Assembly (NCBI RefSeq): GCF_963853765.1
Contig: NC_088859.1
Location: 15,562,001 to 15,626,000 of the forward strand
DNA: 64,000 nucleotides
Reading direction: 5' to 3'
Source: Magallana gigas
Taxonomy: Eukaryota
The translations under genes were made by a program, and so were the position numbers. Of this stretch, positions 37,701 through 50,423 are shown one piece after another. Position 1 is the stretch's first letter; the number at the start of each line of letters is the position of its first letter. The notes beneath the pieces were generated by a model. The model made no database searches. It had not been told where the DNA came from and worked only from the letters and a program-made list of their open reading frames with translations.

Positions 37701-40700
37701 CGAGAGAAACGACTCTCTGCAACTGAGGAAGCACTGCTTGATCGGGTGTACATCTTCTGAGGAGAATCTGAAGATTCCACTTCATCCCTGGATTTCAGTG
37801 TTACCCGTTCATCTTCAAACATCCCACTCATATCCATGTAACCGCACACATCATCGGGATTCAAATTTTCCTTTCCTGCAGAAGAAGGTGATCTCTTTGG
37901 AAGCCTCACTTTCAGTGGACCATCCTTATAATTGGACAGCTCAGAGGAACTTCCATGGGGAACACGTAGAGCCAATTCAGACCTTCTTCTGCTGCTTGGT
38001 GATGCATCCACTCCTGCCATAAGAAGATAATTTGGCTCCCGAATCGGACTCATCACTGGATTTACACCTTGCCTAGGACTTGAATATTGAGAGGAATACT
38101 TATTTCTTTTAGACAGATGGGCTCTGTGCTTTCCGGGAGGGATGGGAGGGGGACAGAACGGTCTACTCTTCCTCAGGAGTGCTGGTCCCTTTGGAGGTAA
38201 AGCAGGTGGTTGGGCGGCAGCTTCTTTGGCGGCAAAATCATTTGCGTATATACATTCAGTGTTTGCATAGTTTGACTCAGGAAGATCAATCGGAATTTTG
38301 TGAGATTCACCATCAACCCCTCTAACACAGCGATCTCTTGGAGATTTGGATTCCCTGTCATAACTCTCGCTTCTGTGAGACAGGATGCTACAGGTATCGT
38401 CGTCCGACTGGTTCCGTACGTACACATGACATTTATCCACATCTCTCCCTCCATCGTATTTCTCTAAATTGACATACGGCAATGGAGCAGACATTTTGGA
38501 AAAAGACGGAATTTTGCGTAGCCGCGACACCAAGTTGGGACTCAAAAGGACACTGTCGGAAAAGCCCGAAATACTACTCTGTGAACTAATGGTGGAATAT
38601 CGGTCGAGTCTGGGACTTAATGTGGCACGACGATGGTTCTTTGATTTTTTCCTTGGTAATGGTGGTGGTTTTTCTGCAAGATGGTCAGTTGTTTTCACTT
38701 TAGGTTTCTCCTTCACACCCTAAAAAAGTATCATAGTTTATTACATTCAGTTTTGAAGATTCATGTTCAATACCAAATATGGTATATTTGAATTTATAAT
38801 AAAACATACCTCATTGTAATTTTACTAAATTCAAATTTTTTTTGAAAAGTTTTTCTACTTTATAAATACTTGTATGTTTAATCGCATACACATATATTAC
38901 CATCATGATTTCTTCCAAAAGAGTTATTTCCCTTTGCAGTACTTCTTCTGATTTTTGAAGATTTTCCAGCTCGAGTCTCCGGCATTGTTCAGTCTCCTCT
39001 TCAATTCTGGAGGGTACTGATGCCACAGAAATGGATTTGCTGCCCTCCGATTGATTGCCATAGAACCCGTAGCCACATAGAGAGGGAGCACTGGCCGACA
39101 CCTTCACCATCTGCCCTAGGGCAGATACAGAGTTCTCTCCCGAGGAAATACTCATCTGAGAGTCGGAACTCGGTCCACTGGCAGAGCTCAGGCAGGCTTC
39201 AGACTCGATCCACTGCTCGATTCTGTTGTCTACACATTCTTTGCTGAGTTTATGAGACAAAATATCCGAGACATTTTTGAGTTCCTGAGAATTTTGAGAT
39301 ACACAATGGGTTGGTTGTTGAAATTGTTTAGTATTCAGATATAAATTAGAATTGTCCACTTTCCTTATTCGACTAGGGGGAACGTCGTATAACAAGTATT
39401 TTCTTCTCCCAGTCTCAAATTCATTTTTGTTTCGCAGATGTTTTTCGTTGTAAGCAGATGCATGGGAAAAGTCAGTGAAACTCAACGAGTGCCGTTTTGA
39501 TCGCTTGTCGTCAAAGAAGTTTTGGTCTGTGCAGTTTGACCAGTTCGGGAAATCTCTATACTGACTGTTATCGTTGAAGGAACTGTTGAGTGGCTCCAAA
39601 TGGTAGTCAAATAGCTGTGATCCTGTAACACATTTAAATCAGACTCATGAGGGGCTCTCTCAATATATCAGTTAGTTTAAAACGATGAAAGATGATCAAT
39701 TTAATTTAAAATCATACTCCACTTGAAAAAAAAATAAATTTGTTCATTGTCTATAAAATATAGCATATATTTGAAATTCTTTTCAAATTAACATGCTTAA
39801 TTTAAACAATTCCTCCAAATGGAAAGGCTACACTTTTGCTGTCTAAAGCATATCATTTAACAAATGCATAAATAAAACTAATTCTTTACTTTAAAAGCTG
39901 ATAAATAAAAATGAATTGATCAATAGCAAAGTTAGATTAATTGACTTACTTCGTTTGATAGACTTTCTACAGCTGGCTGTTTTCCCTTGACTGGCCAAGC
40001 TAACGATTTCATTGATCAACTCTGCTTGTTCCGACGTAAAAGCATGGACTCCAGCACCTACAAAAACACAACACTGGCCATGTTACTGTTATCAATTATG
40101 CATGTTTATTCATGGTTTTTTTTTTATGAAATAAAAAATAAGTTATTTTTTTTAGTGTAATGCAATGCAAGATGCATGTGTATCTCCTTGCAAATATATG
40201 TTAACATGCTGCCTGCAAATGCATGACTTAGAATTAAAATTCAACTATCAATTGAGTATGTATTAGAGGATGATAATTAATTTTTATTTTTGGAAATTTT
40301 AAAATTGACATCCCTCCTAAAAAAAGGAGAATATGAAATTAAATAATTTACAATTTATTCAAAGCATATTTCGAGAGAGAGAAAAAAATATGAGAGAGAG
40401 AGAGAGAGAGAGAGAGCCTGTTTTAAGTACGGTAGAAAACACATCTGAGGAGAGATTGGTCTAAAAAAAAAAGATTTTGCACTTGACTTACCTTTCCCAC
40501 AATTTGATCCACCTTCGAATATGAATTTTTTGTCCACCACACCAAATTTCCGCAAGTCTGAAATCTGCCAGATGGCTAAGACTTTGGGAGGAGCACCGTT
40601 TGTCAAGCAGAACTTCTGCCGGTGGATGTGCATCCGCAGAACGTCCAAGGGCAGCTTACTGTTGTTAGGAACATTGGTCACTTGCACTTTGAACTGGTCC

Positions 40701-43700
40701 TCTGCAACAAATGAAAACGAAATATATGTACTGTGCATGAAAAATTTTCTTTCTAAAATTAACACTGCATATCCACTGTATAGACTGTAAGGCTCCATTA
40801 AATACTCACATAGATCTAGAATCTGAGAGAAAAAGAGATTTCGGTGCTGATGAATGAACATGTTCATCACAGAAACTCCGAAAACATTTCTCTCTTATAA
40901 TAGGATCTTTGTAGAATTTATAGAATTAATGAAGACAGCTGCTTCTTTTTACACACAGCGGACTTTATGTGCAAACATGATGCACTGGATAGTATACAGA
41001 AGTTGACGGCCGATAAAAACTATCTGAACCTTTTTATATCAAAGTAACGAAGGATGTTTCCAATTCATGAAATCAAATTTAGCCGTGTACTTTTTGAAGT
41101 AACAAAATGTCATACTTTCTTCAAGAAGGAAATGCACTTAATTCTATTGCTAAATATCAGTCCTCGTATGTTATTTCTAATCTTTCACACGCATGAAACA
41201 TCCTGTTTTTTTTTTTTATTATTATGAATGAATCCTAAGCTCTGCTTGCTTTTAAGATATTTTTCTTCCCAGAGTCAATTTGCCCCTATTGAAGAAAAGT
41301 ACACAAAGCAATCAGCAGAATTAAGGCCATCTTGTATTGTGTTAACTGTCACTTCCTGACTAGAACTTCCTGTCTCAGTGATGACATTCCTGTTAATCTC
41401 TCAACAATTATCCATCTATACAGCTTATCAATTGACATCTTGATTTTATTTTTCTTTGTCACATTATCACTTGATGTCACAAACAAACATTTATAAAATT
41501 TCTAATTGCTTAACTTTTATATATATCTTTTATCCAATTCGTTCACATCCTTTTAAATATTTTTAACATAATACGCACATTTGGAGAAAAAAAACATTAT
41601 TACCAAATAGGGTAATTTAAATACTTCTTTAACAGAATGAGGTTTTTTTTCAACTTTTGGTACCTTCCCCAAGGCTTCTTCTGATTTTGATCTCAAACTG
41701 TATAAGGTTGTCCCTGTTTTCAAAGGAAAAGAGCGTGACTTGTTTCTGGCAGACAATGGCTAAGACATTGGTCTCCTTGTCATAGCTGAAGCCTGTCTCC
41801 AGACCGAAGAATCCCTCAATATTAAAGTTTGCCTTTGGTTGCCGTTTGTGAACATCTTTAACGTCCACCTTATATAGTTGTACGTTGAGTTGATCTGAAA
41901 AAAAAAAATTAAAAAATAAAATTCGGATCACCAAAACAGGTTAATTACTTTTCTGTGTGTGTGTGTGTTAAGTCACGTCTTTTGCGTTGTAAAAACATTG
42001 TTTCTTTTGTGTTTAGGTGTCTATAAAATCTATTTATGTTGTGTTTAGAGCAAAACTTTAAAATGTTTTTACACAGAAAACCAAACTGATGGTGTTAATG
42101 TGGGAGAGACAAACATATAATCATGAATCAATTAATGTCACACCGAGCCATTTTGGTTTCTTTGTTCATGACTCAAGTCACAATGATGCAATATCTTTCA
42201 TGCAATCAATACCGTAACACATTTTTTTTTAATATTTCGATAATTCATAAATGCAGTGTTGAAATCCCAGCCCTTCCCATTACACTCATAAAGGAGTAAA
42301 CTCAACTGAAGCAAACACGAATCTAAGATAAATGAATCAGCAATATACTCTCCAACTGATCAAATAACTAATGTACATTACTTACTGATAGATTAATACT
42401 TGTCATTGTGTTTACATATTTGATAAAATTTTGTCAGAAAAAAGAAAACCTAATATTTAAAGAGAAAAAAATTCTTATTTAATAAATAATTCATTTGGGA
42501 CATTGATGTACTTTAAGATACTGGTTTACAAGTAAGCTAGCTGCTTCAGCAAAATTAACAACTGGGATGCCTAGTACAGTCTCTTGCAAAAACAATTAGA
42601 TAATTGGTGTTTTCCCATAATCATTTAGCAAAAGATAAACCTTCTCAACATAGGCTATTAGCATGCTTGACCTCCTGTATGTTCTGTTAGGCATTGGACA
42701 TCAAAAGCAGATGTCTTGAAAAGACGTCTGAAAATCTAACTACTGGCATATCAATTAGCTGGGGCTTAAAAGGCTCGGATTATCTTCATTTTGTACCAAA
42801 GTAAATACTGTTTAATGTGACTCATAAGCTTTTTTAAATGAAGATAGATAAAAAATAAATCAAGAAAACGCTAATCTGATTCCGAAAAATCATGACCCAC
42901 TTAAACCAACCGGGTTAGAAAATCTGCCTTCAAACGAAAGAAGATGCTCTCTAAAATTTTACAGATCAGGGAACATCTGGAGAAGTGCAAAAAGTATCCC
43001 ATAACTCTTCTGTGTGGTTTAATTGGCCTAAAACTCGGCAGACTGGAGTATCCAGGCTGATGGTTTAGAAACAGTTGTCTTGCACAGCAAGCCATCCTTG
43101 TGTGAATATTCTCTCTGGTTTTTAAGTCTCTCTCTCAACACACCGATACTGTACCAGCTCCTGTCTTTGTTGTTAGCGTAAACATCTCCAATGAAGAAGT
43201 TTTTAAGGGTTTAACAGTTCAGTCTAGCTGCTCGGATTCTTTTGAAGGGCTTTGTGATAAATCACTAACTTTATTGTCAAGACTTCATTGTATACAAACA
43301 TGGGTACAGTCTTGAAACTCCACCTCAAATGATGACATCATGTTAACGCATTTACTTTAACAGCAATAAAATGTTGTTTTATGACTAACTGTGCAATATG
43401 ACCAGTTGAGATGCAAAAAGCAAAAAGAACAATTTATTTAGATTTCCACCTCAATAGCATTCACACAGACTAAATGCTTACATCTCATTCCCAAGGTGTA
43501 AAATTTCAATGGGCTATATAGATTTTAATCATTTATTCTTTCTTTCTTTCTTTAAATTCCTCAGCGTTTTCACTTAAAACGAGCCACAGCTTATATGGCG
43601 CAGTGCCAACAAAATGCATGTTTATGGATTTTAATATGTGCGATGTATTGTTCAATAACATATTAATTTGAAGCGAGCAAGTACAAATCGAGGGAGTTAC

Positions 43701-45681
43701 GTGGCATTTAAAAAACACAACTCGAGCAAGCACAGCTAATATCAAGGTCGTGTAACCTAGTTATACATATACTTGTCGTCAATGTTTATATCAAAAACTA
43801 AAACATAATGCAAATATATAGCTGCATGTATTTATATGCATTAGGACATGCACTTATCAAACAAACAATTTACACAAATATAAAGACTTCATCTTCTGTT
43901 TCAATTTATTTTCTTTACCACCCCCCCCCCCCCCCAAAAAAAATAAATTTAAAGAGGGGTACAAAAGTGCCACCCTGCAGTTCACCCATAAATACCCCCA
44001 GAAGTACAAAATGCGTTGAAGGAGATGTTGACACGATTGTGTGCTTTTTGGAAAACAGACACGATCGGGTGTGAGGTCTCCGATCTTCCACCAGACAAAA
44101 ACATTGTCAATAATAGTCTTCCTCTCCTTATCAACAGACATCTTAACTAGCTATTCTCCATATGCACAGACAGCCATGCATGTTCTTGAAGACGCAAACA
44201 GAGGAAACCCTGGCCCAATAACAATTGCTAAATTATTATCACTGCCGCAGAGCTCATTTTAATATTACGGTAATGATTTATTATGTAAGACGCATAGAGA
44301 AAAAATCTGAATGTCCTGAAAAATTGAGAGCCGGCCTTTTTGTTATGTATATCTGAATAATACTTTTTCAAATAACTTTTCAATTACCATTAAAATGAAA
44401 AATCAGAAAAATGAACACATATACCATCTTTGGAACAATATCTTTTAGATTGGGAATTTTGCTCTAGTTGGAAAAAAATTTACGTTCCATATTTCGAATA
44501 TTTTGAATTACCGAAGCAAACTGAGGTGTCTGATTAATTGTAACATGTCAAAATAATTAAATCTCAATTGATGGCAGGGAAGGTTAAATATGAAATAAAT
44601 GATCTAACATGACATAAATTGAGAGTGTATATAAGCTGATAAACGCAGTTTAACAGAACTGCCTTTGTCTTGCCAAGATTAACACTCCCCTAAATTATGT
44701 ATGTTTCTCTGAACTCTAATCCATCATTTGATGCATTACAAATGTGGAAAAAAAATTACATTCCAATACGTTTTAATGCAATTTTATGGAGAAAAAAAAG
44801 AGCAAATATTGTATTTCACCAATAAGACCAAGAGATAAATCAAGAATTTGTAATCTGGGGCAGGAGCTTTGCTGTCAAGTATAAAAGTAATTTTTGACAA
44901 GATTATTGCTTTCTGCAATATAAAGAAATAATTGCATACTTGAGGCATGATATCATCGAATACAAAGCAAGATGTGGGGCGAGTATAAGCATCCATTTAG
45001 CATGACAAGCATTCCAAAATCTTCACAATTTATAACAAAACCTTGCTCATCTGCTCCTGCTAATACAAAACAAACGATTTCCGAGACAGGAAATGCCTTA
45101 TACAAATTACATGGTTCTTTCATTTCCGCATCACTCACTTTACAGACTACGAACATAAGAAACAAGACTTTCGCTGCATTAACACTGAAAAAGAAAGATG
45201 GTGCAAAAATAATACGGGAGCAGATTTATCAAACGTTTTTAAAAATAAATCTCTAAAAGCCTTTTTTAATACTTCTGCAAGTGTCTGCAGATGCCCCATT
45301 ATGTAGAACTTGAAAGGTAAAGCTGGCCCAACTCAAATCAAGCAGGCAAACGAAGAATTTCATTTTCTATATTAAAGTTAAAAATACATGCAGCCATTTT
45401 ATGCTTTATTTAGTGTGATTATCAAAATCATAGTACATTAACTTAATTACAATATATTGTATATTTTTATACATGTACTGGTTCCTTCACTGTAAAAAGT
45501 AGATGTCATTAATAAAACTGTCATGCTAAAGACACTTTACTATCATTTATAGGATATGAGACTTCAAATTTCAATATTATTCAGTATCAGATTTTAATTT
45601 CAGCAAATCTTTAATGGTGGATGTACAATTGTATTTTAACACAGCTACTGGTATGTTCCCTGAGAAAGAGGGGGTGGGGTT

Positions 45682-45768
<87 letters not shown>

Positions 45769-47385
45769 ATACCAGCAGTTAATAAATAATAAGAAAATCT
45801 TGAAGTCCATATCTCTCTTAATTTGCTTGCACATCTTGCTTCACTAAAATCAAATAAACTCCGACTGCAATAATAAACCTATATCGTACACACCCTTTTC
45901 TCTCAGATAAATCTTAACAATTACTAGGTAGCAGCTCCCACACTTCATAAAAACAATAATAGATAAATGGTTTCAATAACAAAGAAAAAGATTCTTAACA
46001 TATAACATTTTTTTTTTACTTTTCCTCTCTCTGGTTTGAATTAATGAATAGTTACATTTAGCTAGAGTAGGGGGAAAACAAGGAGTATATCAACTGCAGT
46101 ATTGATAAAAATAGCTACAATTATTATAATATTATCAGTTTTAAAATAAATCTTGGAACATAAACTTTTTAACAAATATTATATATTAATTAATTTTATA
46201 GCTTTAATTAAGTAAGCCTTTGTTTTTGCATTAAACTCGGACATCACATCACCCACTCTTGTGTACAAGTATCTGCTATCAACAATACTGCATTTGCTAA
46301 TTGGGACATCTTAAAAGTTACATTCACTGGGTCAATTCATGCTAATAATCTTCAAAAATTATCTGCTAGAAGTGTATTTGACATGGGATTCAATGCTTTC
46401 ATACTCCCTTTTTGACATGGGATTCAATTCTTTCATACTCCCTCTTTGACATGGGATTCAATGCTTTCATACTCCCTCCTTGACATGGGATTCAATGCTT
46501 TCATACTCCCTCTTTGACATAGGATTCAATGCTTTCATACTCCCTCCTTGACATGGGATTCAATGCTTTCATACTCCCTCTTTGACATGGGATTCAATGC
46601 TTTCATACTTTATCTTTGACATGGGATTCAATGCTTTCATACTCCCTCATTGACATGTCATTCAATGCTTTCATACTCCCTCTTTGACATGGGATTCAAT
46701 GCTTTCATACTCCCTCTTTGACATATCATTCAATGCTTTCATACTCCCTCTTTGACATGGGATTTAATGCTTTCATACTCCCTCTTTGACATGCCATTCA
46801 ATGCTTTCATACTCTCTCTTCCTGATCATCCTGAATATCAGTGCAAGAAGATCACGCTAGGAACTCTTTCTACCTGAATCTCAGAAACATTTGTACGGCT
46901 CTGCAATCAGCGGGAACCTCTAGATAATCAGTGTGTGAATATTACTGGGTGAAAAAAAAAAATCTGACATTTCATTCATGTACAAAAATATGAGAACTCC
47001 AGGAGGGAAATGTACTACGGTATCAGAAAAGAGTTTTCGAATCGATGATGGCATCTTGTTTTCTCTGTATATCTAAGCATACACACCCAAAGTGCACCGT
47101 GGATTTTTCGGTGTCCTTGCACTAGACAGCATGACCTAAACATTTGATTTATTTTGTCTATGAACCTATTGTGATACCTAATGATTGATCACACTATGAG
47201 CACAAGTCTTACTATAGCAGTATAAATCGGTTACAAGCATTTACATATATACAAAAATACAAATTATTTTTGCATGCTTTATGTACATGTATATGGCCGG
47301 TAGATTGAATATGGAATATAAAAAATGCTTGTCCTGCATTGATGTGTCAGAACTAGAGTTGCGAATATAAAAAGAAATCATGTTA

Positions 47386-47442
<57 letters not shown>

Positions 47443-49708
47443 ACTCTCTCTCTCTCACAGACACCCAAACATTTTAATGTAAATGTACTTTAGACATGAG
47501 TGCATTTATTTAAATTGATCAAATCCTTGCCCTCTATGCAGTCAGAAAGTGCAACAACACTTATCACAAAATCAGAAAAATCTTAATCTGTGACCAACTA
47601 CTTTAACTTGTTTGGTTTTAGTCTACCTCACATTTAGGAATTAATAGCAATAACCCCCCCCCCCCCCCCCCCTCCACCCAAAAAATAATATTTCATATCT
47701 CCAAGACCTGTGATTTCATTGATATGAATAAATTCATTTAATTGCATTTTTGGGGGGAATTCACTGTTGAGTTGAACTACCAAATTAAATATTTATTGAA
47801 CTGCAAAATCTGCATAATAACATATCTATATGAATTTAAGTAGTCTTGGAATAATAGTTTTCACTAAATCCATGAAAATTGTTGCCCAAAAATATGGATG
47901 AATCCACAGAACTGAGCAGATGAATGTAAACATTTAGTGGGTGAATGAAAAATATCATCTTTGACTTTCAAATTTGTAAAAATTTAGGAACTTCCTGTTT
48001 ATATAAAACCATGAGTGATATATTTTTAATTCAATCAAAACGAGGATTATTTGAACATGGGAATTTAATCTAATTACTACAACAAAGAGAAAAGGAATGC
48101 CATACTATTTACAAAGGTTGTAATGAATAGCTATGTTAGAGATAATACTTTTCCTTGTTAAAAACAAAACTTTAAAATATAATCCTTGGAATTATTTGAA
48201 AGCATTCTCTAGTGAAAAACATCTTGCAATCCAAAAATGTTCTCTTGTATACATCAAAAAACAGGAAAATGGGAATCATTTCAAACTAGTTAATAGAGCA
48301 GCTGTCTTGCTTGTTTGTGGCACAGTTAGATTAGAGGAACTTCGTAGGCCAAATAGATCCCAAGTTTAAGACTTGTGTCAAGTTTTGAAGATTTCCAGTT
48401 CTTGCCATTATTCAGTATGTTTGCAAACAAATGCGCAACTAACCCAGATAACGATTGACTAGTGCTAGCTTTGGAAAGTAATTCTTGAAACTGAGATGAA
48501 GAAATTTCTTTTTTCAAAGTAACTGAAGTTTTGTTTGAACCGAAAAGAAAGAAAAGGAAGGTTAATTGTACACTCAGACTCCATTTGCATGATTAGAACT
48601 TTGTTCTTTCAAAACTAGATGATAAAAGGTTCTAAAAGCTTTACAGCCAATCTTTCAATTCTTTAAGTGGTTAAACATCTATAAGTCTGCACTAATATCC
48701 GAAATCAATTCTTCAAAAACTCTGAACATGACATTTATTTTGTAACCCTCAACCTATTATGCAGGTCTTAATTAGTTATTGCTCTGTCATAGATTAACCG
48801 TAATAAGAAATAAGAAAGTTATCATTTTATTGTTGAGAAGGAATATCCTGCTCANNNNNNNNNNNNNNNNNNNNNNNNNNNNNNNNNNNNNNNNNNNNNN
48901 NNNNNNNNNNNNNNNNNNNNNNNNNNNNNNNNNNNNNNNNNNNNNNNNNNNNNNNNNNNNNNNNNNNNNNNNNNNNNNNNNNNNNNNNNNNNNNNNNNNN
49001 NNNNNAACTAAACCTCCTTTTTTATAAATGTAAATGCTATTTAGAACAAGAAGCATATAATATATATCTGCTGAATAAACATAATATTTATTTTTTTTTC
49101 AATGAGAAAGGGGGTATTAACAATAATAATTGCCACCACATGTTTTAGATTATGGTCCAAATCCGCTTTACTTTGCTATGTTGGGTTGACCCAACCCTGT
49201 TTTTTTCCCCTCATGAATCAACATAGTAAATATTATCTTTTAGTAAAGTGTGTCAAAAATCAATGTGTTTCCCTGGCATCTATAGACCCCTGCAGGGTTT
49301 CAAATCACCTGATTGCTAGGGACAAACTCAAAGGAAGTTTCATTGTTTACATTTATCATAAGTAAAAAAAAAATACCATTAAAAATCAATGATGTATATG
49401 TGTATTTTATGCAGAAATTAACGGAGATTTGCATTCATTTATATTCATTAAGGAGTGTATATAGAAAAGATTTACACTGGAATTGGTCTATAAAAGTTTA
49501 TATTAAAAAAGTTTACTCACCAGCGACGGGAGATGGTTTTCGTAAAACACACCAACGAGGTTTCCACTGAAATGCCCAAGAAATTCAAATTAGAATATAC
49601 TTAAATCAAATATTTTTCACGCGACAAAACTTTGTCAATTATGTTTACCTTTTTTCCATCTCGATATTTTACTCTGCCCTCTGTAACAACACAACTTATA
49701 TCCGACAT
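34789..49708 (-). CDS. DOK7: Docking protein 7 homologue (PH + IRS-type PTB, long disordered tail), ~1641 aa
   Basis: Exons 49708-49649 (MSDISCVVTEGRVKYRDGKK), 49566-49521 (WKPRWCVLRKPSPVA), 41894-41664 (..GLETGFSYDKETNVLAIVCQKQ..IRRSLGE), 40701-40492 (..WQISDLRKFGVVDKKFIFEGGSNCGK), 40057-39950, 39622-38901, 38719-36193, 35810-34789. Phases are consistent, 4926 nt. The motifs match vertebrate DOK7 as recalled (RDGKKWKSRWLVLRKPSPVAD, LAIVC, WKLSDLRRYG, FIFEGGTRCG). Confidence 0.92.
45685..45767. repeat. (GA)n microsatellite; others at ~397-438, 8111-8152, 10187-10235, 22273-22305, 47388-47456, 49931-50013, 56568-56604; (TG)n at 59695-59746
   Basis: Read directly from the sequence. Confidence 0.95.
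46380..46821 (+). repeat. Minisatellite, 13 x 34 bp (gacatgggattcaatgctttcatactccctcttt), in DOK7 intron 2
   Basis: Head-to-tail units with exact 34-bp period and no spacers. Confidence 0.95.
48855..49005. other. Assembly gap (151 N) in DOK7 intron 2
   Basis: Run of N. Confidence 1.
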
Positions 49709-49925
49709 GTTGGTCCCATACTTCTGAACCGCACTGAATGGTATGCAGTGATTTAATTGGGCACATGAAAACAGTAGCGGGGGAGGGATAGGCTCAAAAC
49801 TTGTTTTTGTGCGGTTAACCAGAGATGATCTCCTAAGACAAGCCTACAGGCGTGTGCTAAACCATCCAAAAGTTGATCATTGATTGAAATAAACTTCTGA
49901 ATGTGAAGAAGACTGTGAATCGATA

Positions 49926-50015
<90 letters not shown>

Positions 50016-50167
50016 ACGCTTTACGTTATCCTTTAAAAAAATTAAGATGTATCTGTATCAAAATAAAAATGGACGATTGATTAAATATATACCCTTTTAA
50101 TATTTGCAATGGTGTGCAGGTACATATAAATGTAGCTGTCAAAGTTAAACTTTTAACTATCACTGGC

Positions 50168-50423
50168 CAGTGGCGGATTCAGAGGGGGAATTCAAATGGG
50201 ATTTCTCTACATGAAACTGATTTCAACGGCGTAGCATGAAAAAAAACCCCGTGTGGAACGTATATAGAAAGCCCATTTTTAATCACCCTCTCCCTGGGTT
50301 CAACTGTGACGAGTCACACATGAGCTTCTCTGGGCTTAGCCCCCCCCCCCCCCCCAAAGGCTGCCTAGATCCCCTGTCTAAAACTGGCACCCCCTGTAAC
50401 TTCAAATCCTGGATCCGCCTCTG
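50168..50423. mobile_element. GC-rich CAG-ended MITE with 5-bp TSD (CTGGC)
   Basis: TIRs cagtggcggattcag / ctggatccgcctctg; ctggc on both flanks. Confidence 0.75.

Noticed and set aside
35494-38723. Short + strand ORFs opposite DOK7 exons 6-8
   Set aside because: Antisense shadows of long coding exons with no independent coding signal.
42880-43340. GC-elevated stretch in DOK7 intron 2 with a 64-aa ORF
   Set aside because: No clear splice pair or homology. It could be an alternative non-coding first exon, but that cannot be shown here.
43857-44141. RKTIIDNVF, reminiscent of the LINE reverse-transcriptase GRxxxDN motif
   Set aside because: No recognisable DxxKAFD or YADD motif follows; too weak to call.
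46380-46821. 34-bp repeats of CRISPR-like length (also 21268-21690)
   Set aside because: Head-to-tail with no unique spacers, no cas genes, and inside eukaryotic non-coding DNA.
48779-49056. ORFs containing X runs
   Set aside because: They span the assembly gap.
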